From assembly GCA_963796275.1 (NCBI GenBank), contig CAWCKY010000001.1, forward strand, positions 928,001-992,000: DNA of 64,000 bases, written 5' to 3'. The notes under the pieces are model-generated. The model worked only from the letters and a program-made list of their open reading frames with translations. It searched no databases and was not told the DNA's origin. Below are positions 31,947 to 41,869 of the stretch, piece after piece. The DNA is from an uncultured Acidobacteriota bacterium (GTDB lineage Bacteria > Acidobacteriota > Blastocatellia > RBC074). Positions within the stretch are counted from its first letter, which is position 1, and every line of letters begins with the position of its first letter. A program made the translations under genes and the position numbers.

Positions 31947-34317
31947 TCAGGATTTTCTCAGAGGCATTCATATCGTGCCGTATCGAAAGCAGCACAAGGT
32001 TGATGAGCATTTGGATGTCGGCTTCGCTCGCGCGTTCGTTGACGATCTCGCTCTGCATTTCCTCGGCGAAATCGGCCGCTTCGCCTCCACGCAGACACTG
32101 GTGCAGCGCATCTTTTATCTCATCGTCGAAATTGGCTTCGATCAACTCCAATGCGCGCATATCTTCGATTAACAGGCGGAATGCTTCGTCCAAATGGCGC
32201 CAGCGCAATTGATTGCGGTAATAATTCTCGGCCTGGTGATTGAAGTCTTCTGCCTTGAGCTGCATCGGCGAACGAGGCCAATGGCGATTTGCACCTGATA
32301 GGATGCCCCGCATCAGTTTTCCAGCGGCCGAACTGCCTGCCGGATCTTCCAATCTGGCTTGCAGGTCTTTTATGGTCCGCTGCAGTCCGAACATCTCGAT
32401 CAGATCGGCCCCGTCCTCTATCATCGTCTTCAACAACGCCTGCCGGTAATCGTCGTTATGGACGCGCAGGAACCCGTGATAACGATGGCTCGACTGTGTT
32501 CTCGTCGTGCGCTTCAGAATCGCTAGAAGAAATTGGTTGTTCGTATCGGAACGGACGAGAAAGGTCGGTATACCGATGGCTGCGCCGAAAAAGATTTGAC
32601 GCCGCTCGCTTTCGATAAACGGGGAATCGGGAATCTGCGCGTGCGTCAATTTGCCCAGCGCCTGATACTTGAAGGCCAAGGCCGTTACGAGAATCTGAAT
32701 GTCGACCGCCTGTGATAAATCCTCGGTCAGGCTCTCGAAGAGGCTATAATGCCTCCCCTCGAACCCGGAGAATCCCATGACCTCGAACTCGCGTAAGCGA
32801 TAGAGCAAGTAGAGCGACATCTTCGTATCGAACACGCCGAAGTCGGTCAGGTCTCGTTTCAGTCGATCGCCATTACCGAGAGTGCCATCGAGCGCGGGAC
32901 TGCGCTGTGTGCTCATCAGTACTACTGGATAGTCGATCAAACGATAATCGGTCACCCAGTCGCCCTTGAGGCGGAAGAGAGAACTCACTGCGCGATCAAT
33001 CCATTGGGGACCGAAGGGGGTCATGCGATAGCCGAGGACATTGAGGTCGGCTTTCTTTCGCCATTCTCTCCAGATCATCCGCAGGTGAGTGTAATCCAGC
33101 TCGTGCGGGAGGAATCCGAGAACTCTTTCCGGGTGAAAGTCGGCAAATTCGAACCGATAAGGGGCAGCGCTGTAAGTCCCGACGAAGAGGGGGAGAAAGT
33201 GCTCGACGATCTTTATCGTCAGGTCGCCGATCAGCTTCTCTTCCCTGGCGCCAAAATCGGTATCTCCGCTTCGCATCGCGTCGCTCAACATTCGACTCCC
33301 CAGACTGACGTGCGTTCCGTTATTCGCCAGGCTGGTGTTGGAGAGATTGGGGAGAACGACGAGATTGTTGACGATTATGCCCGCCTCGCGAAGTTTGGAG
33401 ACGGCATTCAACTGGCTTCGGGTGAGCACCTGATGGCAGAGATTCATGTAGGCGTGCTTCGATTCGCCATCATCCCACCCGGAGAGACACGGGCTCATAA
33501 AGAGCTCGCGGTAATATGCATCGGAGATAGCGTTGTTGAGCTGTTTCTGACGCACGGGCGGGTGCGGCGCGCAATAGATCATTGCCCGCTGTCCATTCGC
33601 CTCGAGCCCCAAACGGCGGTTTGCGTAAATCGTTAAGAGTTGAGATAAGAGGAAGCGTTTGGATTTTTCGCGAGCCACGTCTCTGCCGAGGCTTTTATTC
33701 CGGTGTGAAACTGCAACATGAAATGAGAATGTCTCGGGCGATGTATTGTCATTGAGGAAATGCGACATCAACCGGATGCCGGTGGTGAAGATGGCTGGAT
33801 GAAGGTCGGGCTGGGATCCGATCGCCTCGGCGAGAGACAGTTTGAGCAGATAACTGACGGGAATCCGAACGACGTTTTCGCCGTTCTCGCGGACAATGAA
33901 ACGGCCCAGGTCCGATCGAAGACCTCCCAGTTGATTGCGTCTGTCGGCCTGCAGGTCGGCTTGCAACGTTTTATGTGCAAATCGAGAGAGCAAATGTTCC
34001 GGGAAACGCACCCAACTGTTCTCCCAGACACTCTCATCGTTATCGTTGAGGAAGCTCTCCAGTTCTATGATTACGCGTTTTGAAGTATCGCCTGCTGCAA
34101 TGCGTCGAGCGATATTGGCGAAGTAATTGGAACGTTCGATGGTCAGCGGCAGGTCGACCGAATTTTTGTCGCCGATGACGACTGCCTGCAGTTCCGATTC
34201 GGAACCGGCTGTGATGTCATTCGCGGAGAATGGCAGTGATGCATTACCGAGCATGTCGAATGCCCGCTCCAGCGAGCTGGATGCTGATATCTCATTGAGA
34301 TCATTTATGAGTGGCAT
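31894..34317 (-). CDS. Large hypothetical protein; predicted GCS2/YbdK-type carboxylate-amine ligase fold
   Basis: Long ORF; ordered motifs TAGSESELQAVV, NNGTHVSLG, FLPLFVGTYSAAPY and R..GFSGFEGR; ATG at 34317 chosen as start (ORF track 34338). Confidence 0.7.
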   Translation of the reverse strand: MPLINDLNEISASSSLERAFDMLGNASLPFSANDITAGSESELQAVVIGDKNSVDLPLTIERSNYFANIARRIAAGDTSKRVIIELESFLNDNDESVWENSWVRFPEHLLSRFAHKTLQADLQADRRNQLGGLRSDLGRFIVRENGENVVRIPVSYLLKLSLAEAIGSQPDLHPAIFTTGIRLMSHFLNDNTSPETFSFHVAVSHRNKSLGRDVAREKSKRFLLSQLLTIYANRRLGLEANGQRAMIYCAPHPPVRQKQLNNAISDAYYRELFMSPCLSGWDDGESKHAYMNLCHQVLTRSQLNAVSKLREAGIIVNNLVVLPNLSNTSLANNGTHVSLGSRMLSDAMRSGDTDFGAREEKLIGDLTIKIVEHFLPLFVGTYSAAPYRFEFADFHPERVLGFLPHELDYTHLRMIWREWRKKADLNVLGYRMTPFGPQWIDRAVSSLFRLKGDWVTDYRLIDYPVVLMSTQRSPALDGTLGNGDRLKRDLTDFGVFDTKMSLYLLYRLREFEVMGFSGFEGRHYSLFESLTEDLSQAVDIQILVTALAFKYQALGKLTHAQIPDSPFIESERRQIFFGAAIGIPTFLVRSDTNNQFLLAILKRTTRTQSSHRYHGFLRVHNDDYRQALLKTMIEDGADLIEMFGLQRTIKDLQARLEDPAGSSAAGKLMRGILSGANRHWPRSPMQLKAEDFNHQAENYYRNQLRWRHLDEAFRLLIEDMRALELIEANFDDEIKDALHQCLRGGEAADFAEEMQSEIVNERASEADIQMLINLVLLSIRHDMNASEKILNAPNFETSITSTTSSIR

Positions 34318-34579
34318 TTTTCCATCCCACAAAAACACCGAATTTATGATTTTTTGGGGAAATCCTCATTTCTTAGTTGCCCACGTGAGATTACGCCTGC
34401 CGTCTCAATTTTGTGTTACCACGCAATTAATTATTCGTAAATCTATATATCTTCTTGTTTGCCAAGATTTTTAGCTCAGCTTTTGATAAATTTCGCATGC
34501 AGCTAATGGGGAATTAAGGCTCATATCTTATTTTGTACGCCTACCAACGAGCGGTCGACTCAATAAAAGGAGCTAATCA

Positions 34580-35641
34580 ATGCATAAAAAGCTACCCGCG
34601 TTTCTTATGTGGGTTCTCCTTGTGTTCACCGGCGCTGAGATCTGCAGGTCGAATACCAACGATGCTGAGATTATGCAGTTGATCTCTCCGCATGCGGCAC
34701 ATCTCAGGCTGAAACCGACTGAACTACAGTTGCTATCCAAAGGGGAGATCATTGCGCGCGATGTGCCTGCGAGCCATTACAAAGAGATGGCCGGATTCGG
34801 CGCGATGTTGGCCGAGGCTGAACCGAAAGAGTTTGTCGAAGCTTTCCGCACGCTATCCGTCTTTAAACAAAGCAAGAGCATAATCTCCTATGGGCGTTTC
34901 GGAGATCACCCGACGCTCAATGATCTGATCAGCCTCTCGCTCAAAGACAAAGATCTGCTGGAACTGATGCGTGCGCGAGTGAACTCTTCAGACGTTAAGT
35001 TGTCCGAAGCGGATATCGCGCGCATTCAGGCAATTGCCGGGCCCGGGCCTCGTTTCACCGGCAAACTGATCACGGCGCTCACCAATGAGTACAAATCGAT
35101 CCTGCTTGAGAAGGTCAAGTCTTATGCAACGCTCGGCGGCAGATCGCTTGGCGCTAATGCCGATCAGGATGAGCCGGTCGATACGAATGACGCGATGATT
35201 CGCATGCTGCGTTATCAGGCATCGTACGCGAAATATGGTGAAGACTTTTATTCGCTGCTTACCGGGAATCCGCGCATAAATAACGATGAACGGGCTGAGT
35301 CTTTCTATTACTGGGCAGTGCAGAGGTTCGGGCAGTTGAAGCCGGTCATCAGCCTAGTACATGTCACGATCTTCCATGAAGGCACGCGCGTCTTTATCGC
35401 TTCAAAGCAAATCTATTCGAACCATTACACCGAAGCAGGCATGGGCATTGCAGAGTTGATCCCCATCACCGATCAGCACGGCAAGGTTCGCACGCTCACA
35501 GCCTATACGATACGCCTGCAGGTCGATATGTTCGGCGGCACGATGGGATTTATGAAGAAGCGGATGGCGCAGCCTCGAATGCTGGAGAAATTGAAAGAGA
35601 GTCTGCAAGGCCTCCGAGCCAATGTGATAATTGATAATTGA
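34580..35641 (+). CDS. Hypothetical exported protein
   Basis: AGGAG SD, N-terminal signal peptide, 353-aa ORF containing SKQIYSNHY. Confidence 0.8.
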   Translation: MHKKLPAFLMWVLLVFTGAEICRSNTNDAEIMQLISPHAAHLRLKPTELQLLSKGEIIARDVPASHYKEMAGFGAMLAEAEPKEFVEAFRTLSVFKQSKSIISYGRFGDHPTLNDLISLSLKDKDLLELMRARVNSSDVKLSEADIARIQAIAGPGPRFTGKLITALTNEYKSILLEKVKSYATLGGRSLGANADQDEPVDTNDAMIRMLRYQASYAKYGEDFYSLLTGNPRINNDERAESFYYWAVQRFGQLKPVISLVHVTIFHEGTRVFIASKQIYSNHYTEAGMGIAELIPITDQHGKVRTLTAYTIRLQVDMFGGTMGFMKKRMAQPRMLEKLKESLQGLRANVIIDN

Positions 35642-35793
35642 TAATTGATAATTGATAGTTAGATAGCTGATAGCTGATAGCTGATAGCTGATAGCTGATA
35701 GCTGATAGCTGATAGCTCGTATAAATTGGGGCAACAGTCTATACAAACTATCAACTATCAATTATCAATTATCAATTATCAATTATCAATTAT
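35625..35793. repeat. Compound heptamer element (ATTGATA)n(GATAGCT)8-loop-(TATCAAT)n
   Basis: Eight perfect GATAGCT units 35662-35717; complementary outer arms. Confidence 0.95.
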
Positions 35794-38700
35794 TAGTCTC
35801 CTTTCGCAGATTCGGGCTCGATCTCATGCTGAGGGGAACTGCCCGCGTGCCCCGAACGGAAGAACGACGTACGGTCCAGCACCTTCTCCTGGAACTGCTC
35901 CAGGTAGAGATATATCACCGGTGTGATATAGAGCGTGATGAACTGGGAGACTATCAGACCGCCGACGATCACCAGCCCCAGCGGCCGGCGAGACGAGCCG
36001 TCTGCTCCGAATCCCACTGCAATCGGAACCGCGCCGATGACGGCGGCGAGAGTGGTCATGATGATGGGACGGAAGCGGTCCATGCTCGCGTCATGAATGG
36101 CACGCGCTGCCGGTTCGCCCGCATCGACTCGATGACGCGCGAAGTCGACGATCATAATTCCATTCTTCTTGACGATACCCATCAGCATAAACAAACCGAC
36201 GAACGCATAGAGCGACGCTTCCTGTTTGAATAAAAATAGAGTCAACAATCCTCCCACGAGCGCGGGCGGCAGGGTCGACAAGACTGTCAGCGGATGGACG
36301 TAACTCTCGTACAAAATTGCCAGAATCACGTACATGACGAAGACGGCCAATACCATCAGGATGGTTAGATTCCTGACCGTATTGGTGAAGGTCAGGGCCT
36401 CACCTTGCAAGCCGCCGCGCACCGTTTGCGGCACCACTTCGGCAGCCGTCTTGCTAATATGATCCGTTGCGTCGCCGAGAGGTACTCCCGGCTTGAGATT
36501 GAAAAAGATGTTCATGCTGGTGAACTGGTTGAGGTGGTTGACTGATTGCGGGCCGAGCGTGGTCTTCCACGTAACCAGTTCGCTGAGTGGAACCAGGTTC
36601 GCTCCATTATCCGATCTGATATAGAGCAGACCGAGGTTTTCGGCTCTCGATCGTGCAGCGTCTGCCATCTCCAGAATGACCTGGTACTGATCCTCGGGCT
36701 TCTTGATCAGGTAAAGATAGTTCTGTGAATAGGCGCTGCGCAGCAGATTGAGGATCCGCGCCTCTGACACTCCGTAAATTTTGGCCTGAGCGCGGCGGAT
36801 CTCTATATCGAGATTGGGCGTATTGGCGAAGTAGTCGGACGAGACGCTCAGAAAGCCGGGATAACCCATAAGTTTCCCCATCAACTTCGTCCCCACATCG
36901 TAAACCTGGTTCGGATCGACGCCGGAGACGGTGAAGGTATATTGCCCCTGGTTCTGATTGGTCGTTCCGGTGTTGATCTCCAGGACCGGTAATCCTCGCA
37001 AGAATGCAAAGACTCCGGGAATTGCGCTGATCTTCCCCATCAGTTCCGCCGCAATATTATCTATCGGAGGGCGGCCTGATGGCGGCCCGAGAGAGATGAA
37101 GGTGATTCCCGTGTTGGAGGCCGCGAATCCGGTGATGCCGCTTATGGTGAAATTCGACAGGACATTCGGGTCCTGATTCAGAGTCTCTTCGACCCGATCC
37201 TGCAGGGCGCTCATCTGCTCCGGCGATGACCCCTCCTTGCCCATGAAAACGCCGAAAATGGTGCCGCTGTCTCCCGGCGGCAGGAACGACTTGGGAACGG
37301 CCATCAGAAGTTGGATGGTGCCGGCAAGACAGACGACCCAGATAAGCAGTGAAATCCATCGATGCCTCAGAAACCACCAGAGCGATGAGCCGTAGACATT
37401 GAGCACCCGCCGCTCCACCGCGCCGAATGCGCGTTCCATCCATGTCTTTCGTTCTCCCGCTCCGCGGTCTTTGAGCAGGCGCGCGCACATCAACGGCGTC
37501 AGAGTAAGCGACACCAGACCGGAGGCGAAGATGGCGATCACGATGGTCACCGAAAACTCGCGGAAGACCCGACCCACTTGTCCCGCCATAAAGACCAATG
37601 GTATGAAGACCGCTGCCAGCGAAACGGTCATCGAGAGAATGGTGAAGCTGATCTCCCGGGCGCTGTTGAGAGTTGCCTCCAAAACAGGTTCTCCCCGCTC
37701 CATCCGCCGCACCGTGTTCTCCAAAAATACGATGGCGTCGTCGACCAGGAAGCCGATGGCCAGTGTCAGCGCCATGAGCGAGAGGTTGTCCAGGCTATAT
37801 CCCAGAAACCGCATTGCTATGAATGTGATCAGGAGCGAAAGAGGAAGCGCTACCGCCGGAATGAGCGTATCCCTCGCCCGTCCCAGGAAAACGAAGATGA
37901 CAATCACCACCAGCGCAAAGGCGATGGCGAGGGTCACCTGAACATCCGTTACCGAATGGATGATCGATTCCGAGCGGTCATAGACGGGTATGATACGCAC
38001 CGAACCGGGAAGCTCGGCGGTGATCACCGGCAATAATTTCTTGATGTCTTCGGCGACTTCCACGACATTGGCGCCGGCCCGCCTGCTGACAGCCATAATC
38101 ACGGTAGCCGTCGGCACGCTATAACCTTTAACCCGGAACCGCATGTCCACGCGTTCATCCTGAACCGAGTCATGCACCTGAGCCACATCACGCAGATAGA
38201 CCGGAGAGCCTTCCCTCGTGCTGATGATCAGATTGCTATACCCTTCCGGGCTATCGAGCTGTCCCTGCGGGCGCAGAATCGCCGTGCCTTCCGCGCTATC
38301 GAATTGCCCCGCGCCCGTGTAACTCGTACCGCTTCTGATGGCAGCCGTCAGATCATCGATCGATATGCCACGAGCCCACATGGCGGCCGGGTCAGCCTTG
38401 ATCCGAATGGCCGTTTTGGAGCCGAAGACCTGCACCTGGCTGACTCCCGATATGATGCTGATCCGCTGTCCGACCTGTGTGCTCGCTAAATCGTAGAGCT
38501 GGCCCGGAGTGACCGAATCGCTCGTCAGCGCGATATACATAATCGGCTGATCGTTCGGGTTTGTTTTGGTGAAGGTCGGCGGCGACGGCAGGTCGATCGG
38601 GAGACTCCCGGTCGCCTGCGAGATGGCGGTCTGCACATCCGTGGCAGCGGCATCTATGTCCTTATCCAGGTTGAACTGCAGCGTCAGGCTGGTGGCCCCC

Positions 38701-38960
38701 TGAAAGCTCTGTGAGGTGACGAGCTCCAGCCCATCGATCTGCATAAATTGGCGTTCGAGAGGCGTGGCGATATTGTTGGCCATCGTATCCGGGCTGGCGC
38801 CGGGATAGCTCGCGCTCACCTGAATGACCGGATAATCGACTGCCGGTAGGTCGTTCACCGGGAGCTGAAAATAACACAGGACTCCGAAGAGGATGACCGA
38901 GACGGTCAACACCGCAGTCATAACGGGACGATGGATAAAGGGTTCGGATAGACTTCTCAT
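35793..38960 (-). CDS. RND efflux permease (MdtB/MdtC-like)
   Basis: 1055 aa; LPAVDYPVI, GFLVDDAIV, GIVKKNGIMIVDF and RFRPIIMTT motifs. Confidence 0.92.
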   Translation of the reverse strand: MRSLSEPFIHRPVMTAVLTVSVILFGVLCYFQLPVNDLPAVDYPVIQVSASYPGASPDTMANNIATPLERQFMQIDGLELVTSQSFQGATSLTLQFNLDKDIDAAATDVQTAISQATGSLPIDLPSPPTFTKTNPNDQPIMYIALTSDSVTPGQLYDLASTQVGQRISIISGVSQVQVFGSKTAIRIKADPAAMWARGISIDDLTAAIRSGTSYTGAGQFDSAEGTAILRPQGQLDSPEGYSNLIISTREGSPVYLRDVAQVHDSVQDERVDMRFRVKGYSVPTATVIMAVSRRAGANVVEVAEDIKKLLPVITAELPGSVRIIPVYDRSESIIHSVTDVQVTLAIAFALVVIVIFVFLGRARDTLIPAVALPLSLLITFIAMRFLGYSLDNLSLMALTLAIGFLVDDAIVFLENTVRRMERGEPVLEATLNSAREISFTILSMTVSLAAVFIPLVFMAGQVGRVFREFSVTIVIAIFASGLVSLTLTPLMCARLLKDRGAGERKTWMERAFGAVERRVLNVYGSSLWWFLRHRWISLLIWVVCLAGTIQLLMAVPKSFLPPGDSGTIFGVFMGKEGSSPEQMSALQDRVEETLNQDPNVLSNFTISGITGFAASNTGITFISLGPPSGRPPIDNIAAELMGKISAIPGVFAFLRGLPVLEINTGTTNQNQGQYTFTVSGVDPNQVYDVGTKLMGKLMGYPGFLSVSSDYFANTPNLDIEIRRAQAKIYGVSEARILNLLRSAYSQNYLYLIKKPEDQYQVILEMADAARSRAENLGLLYIRSDNGANLVPLSELVTWKTTLGPQSVNHLNQFTSMNIFFNLKPGVPLGDATDHISKTAAEVVPQTVRGGLQGEALTFTNTVRNLTILMVLAVFVMYVILAILYESYVHPLTVLSTLPPALVGGLLTLFLFKQEASLYAFVGLFMLMGIVKKNGIMIVDFARHRVDAGEPAARAIHDASMDRFRPIIMTTLAAVIGAVPIAVGFGADGSSRRPLGLVIVGGLIVSQFITLYITPVIYLYLEQFQEKVLDRTSFFRSGHAGSSPQHEIEPESAKGD

Positions 38961-40279
38961 GGTTTGCCTCCCATATCTCTGGCGGCCGAACTTTCATCGG
39001 CTTTCGAAGGTTCGATTCGAACCTTGCCGCCCGGCATCACTCCCATATGTCCGTTTACGATGACGCGTTCACCGGCGGCCAAACCTTTCTCGATGACTAC
39101 CAGGTCCTCCTGCCGCTGACCTATTGTCACCGGACGCAGTTCGACGCTCAGGTCATCCTTCACAACATAAACGTAGCGCCCCTGAGCCGACATCTGCGGC
39201 GCAGCGCCAGGGACCAATACCGCTCCCTTGAGAGTTTCCAAGACCAGCCGAATGTTGACGAATCTGCCAGGCCAGAAGCGCCGATCCTTGTTGGCTATAG
39301 TGGCTCGGAGGTTTACTGTCCCGGTTGCATCCTGTACGGCATTATCCAGAAATGTGAGCTGCCCGACAGTCGCTTTATCCGGCGCATCAGGGAGATAAAC
39401 CTCAGTTCTCAACGTACCGCGAGCCATCTGCCTTTGAACTGATGAAAGATCGCCCTGTGAGATCGTGAATTCGGCATAGATGGGGTCCATCCGTTGTATC
39501 ACCAATAGAGGGTTGGTATTACCGGGATTGACCACGTTTCCGATATCGACCAGCCGCTGCCCCGTGCGCCCGTCAATGGGCGAGCGGATGTAGCAATAGC
39601 TTAGTTGTAAGTTTGCGTTCTCGATAGCGGCTTCATCAACCTTGATAGCTTCTTCCGCGTTGCGTATTGCTGCGCGGTCGGCATTGACGGTCGCATTCAA
39701 GGCATCGGCGTTGGTCTGCATCTGTTCGTACTGATCGACCGAAACGACGCCCTGCTTATTCAGTTGGGCGTAACGCTCCGCTTGCGATTCTCCAAACTTC
39801 GCTTGCGCTATGTCTCTGGCGAGAGTCGCTTCGGCTTGCTTTTTAAACGCCATGTCTTTCTCGAGGTTAAATTTGGCTTGCTGTAGACTGACCTCGAATG
39901 GCCGCGGATCGATGGTGAAGAGCAGATCGCCCTTCTTGACATCCGCGCCGTCGGTGAAATGGAGCTGGGTGATGCGCCCGGAGACCTGCGGCTGGATGGC
40001 GACCATCTCGCGGGCCACGCACTTGCCGATCTGATCGAGATAGAACGGCACATCGCGCGAAACCGCTGCCGCAACCGTAACCGGGGCCGGCGGTCGCTCA
40101 AACGCTGCCTGTTCTTTCGTCCCACAACCGGACATGACGATTACTCCGATGACCAGTAATGTCAGCCGCGTTGACTGTTTCTTTAGGGAAAACTGCCTGT
40201 TTGGAATCGTAGATCCAAAAAAGATTGAAGAGTTACTCTGCATGATGCCCCTTCTCGCTTGATATAAAATACTGTCCAT
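38957..40279 (-). CDS. RND periplasmic adaptor subunit (MdtA-like)
   Basis: IQPQVSG, IRSPIDGRTG, DNAVQDATGT and WPGRFV motifs; lipobox-like VMSGC; start uncertain. Confidence 0.88.
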   Translation of the reverse strand: MDSILYQARRGIMQSNSSIFFGSTIPNRQFSLKKQSTRLTLLVIGVIVMSGCGTKEQAAFERPPAPVTVAAAVSRDVPFYLDQIGKCVAREMVAIQPQVSGRITQLHFTDGADVKKGDLLFTIDPRPFEVSLQQAKFNLEKDMAFKKQAEATLARDIAQAKFGESQAERYAQLNKQGVVSVDQYEQMQTNADALNATVNADRAAIRNAEEAIKVDEAAIENANLQLSYCYIRSPIDGRTGQRLVDIGNVVNPGNTNPLLVIQRMDPIYAEFTISQGDLSSVQRQMARGTLRTEVYLPDAPDKATVGQLTFLDNAVQDATGTVNLRATIANKDRRFWPGRFVNIRLVLETLKGAVLVPGAAPQMSAQGRYVYVVKDDLSVELRPVTIGQRQEDLVVIEKGLAAGERVIVNGHMGVMPGGKVRIEPSKADESSAARDMGGKP

Positions 40280-40754
40280 CGCCTATTTTCAATCAGCATT
40301 TCATACACCGGAAACCTGATTTAAATTTGCGCAAACCTTGATGAATGAAGCCACGATGAGAATTACGACAAAGGTGATTTTTTTCCCCTTTTTTCTGTCT
40401 TGTCGCTTCTTCCTGGTTTTATTATCTGTACGTATGTTGCGAGGTCTAGTTTAGTTAGAATTCTCTCGAGTTCTGTCCGTAGATTTGGCCTTCGTGACTG
40501 CAACATGGGTGCAGATATAATACGCTAGAAATCGAGGCAGACTCAACATGAAAGTATGAATCATCGCGGTTCAAAACCTGCTTTTCAGGCGTCTGATAGA
40601 GGGCAAGCCATCGATGGCTCGTAATTAGATTTGCGCTTTTGAATTTGGGCGCTTCGTGTGAAGTCTATCGACTTTGAGTTTGTAAACAGAAACAAAATTT
40701 TGGTAAGCGAATGGGCGAAACTCCTCAGATTGATTCTCGAGTTTCGCGTGCAAT

Positions 40755-41185
40755 TTCTGAGGAGATATTGACGATAACTCCGGTCTGTCGCAAAATCATT
40801 GACCGATCACGGCCTTGAAGAGCCGGAACGGGCCGATAATAATCTCCTGCAGTGCGAACTCATATACCTCGAATTAAGTGTCGGTATCAGGTGTAAGGGA
40901 ACGCGAGGCCGGAGGAGCATTGATCTGGATATTTACCGGTCCGGCCGATGCCGCTGCCTGCCCCACAACCTGCCCCGCAATCGGATAGACGCTCTCTTTT
41001 GTCGCTCGCATCCGCGACAATTCCGTAGGCGACACGATCTTCTTCTGATGTCTTTGACGGTCTTATCGAGCTCTGCCTGAGGGCGGACGGCGAACGCAAC
41101 CATTGCGCGCCTTCGGCAGAAATCGCACCGCTAGCCCGCCCCAACCCGGCTCCCGGTAATTAGCACAAACTTCTCGTTGAATCGA
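40755..41185 (-). pseudogene. Degraded SDR family oxidoreductase
   Basis: Fragments in shifting frames: KFVLITG, GLGRA, AEGA, ELDKTVKDIRRR, AYGIVADASDK, VYPIAGQ, AGPVNIQINA, IGPFRLFKAV and MILRQTGVIVNISS; internal stops. Confidence 0.75.
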
Positions 41186-41203
41186 GTTTAACCAGGTATC
41201 CCC

Positions 41204-41219
41204 TGCTATCGCGATAGCA
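41204..41219. promoter_or_regulatory. Perfect 16-bp palindrome TGCTATCGCGATAGCA, candidate operator
   Basis: Lies between the divergent SDR pseudogene and the XRE regulator. Confidence 0.35.
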
Positions 41220-41305
41220 TCATCTATGCCCCCTTACCCCTGTATGCCCCCTGACGATTACTAATTAATTTGATAATGTATCAGCGGAATAATAATTGGG
41301 TAGAT

Positions 41306-41869
41306 ATGACGGAAAACGCCATTGCAAGTTATATTGCGCAGAATATCCGGCAGTTGAGATTGATCCGGAACATGACGCAGGAACAGCTCGCGCGGCTCTC
41401 CGGTGTGCCACGACCGACGTGGACCAATCTGGAATCGGGCACTGCCAATCCGACGGTCTCTGTTTTGGCCAGGGTTGCAGCAGCGCTGCAGGTGCCGGTC
41501 GAAGAGCTGATCAGTCCGCCGAAAGCCCAGGCCAAACTATATTCAGCCGATTCCATTGAGCGGGAGGAGCGCGGCAGCGTGATCATCAGGAGGGTCCTAC
41601 CTGATCATCTTTTGGGGCTTGAAATCGACCGCATGGAACTCCCACCCGGATCAGAGTTAACCGGAGTCCCACACCGCCTTGGATCGATGGAATATCTGGT
41701 CTGCGAATCCGGCCGGGTGGAACTGGAAGTCATAGGAGAGAAATATGAGCTATCTCCTGGCGATGTAGTCGTGTTTCAAGGGGACCAGAACCATTCCTTT
41801 GCGAACCGTGAGACGGAGGTAGCGATCGCATACATTGCCGTGGTTATCGGGCCAAGTCGGATCAGTTAG
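41306..41869 (+). CDS. XRE family HTH regulator with C-terminal cupin
   Basis: MTQEQLARLSGVPR..NLESGTANPT HTH; GVPH..E and GDQNHSF cupin motifs. Confidence 0.9.
   Translation: MTENAIASYIAQNIRQLRLIRNMTQEQLARLSGVPRPTWTNLESGTANPTVSVLARVAAALQVPVEELISPPKAQAKLYSADSIEREERGSVIIRRVLPDHLLGLEIDRMELPPGSELTGVPHRLGSMEYLVCESGRVELEVIGEKYELSPGDVVVFQGDQNHSFANRETEVAIAYIAVVIGPSRIS

Noticed and set aside
35625-35793. Repeat arrays as a CRISPR locus
   Set aside because: Units are contiguous 7-mers with no unique spacers, and no cas genes are present.
35402-35926. ORFs containing ISYQLSAISYQ or INYQLSIINYQ
   Set aside because: These are translations of heptamer arrays, not proteins; the same applies to the ORF-track extensions at 50562 and 29174.
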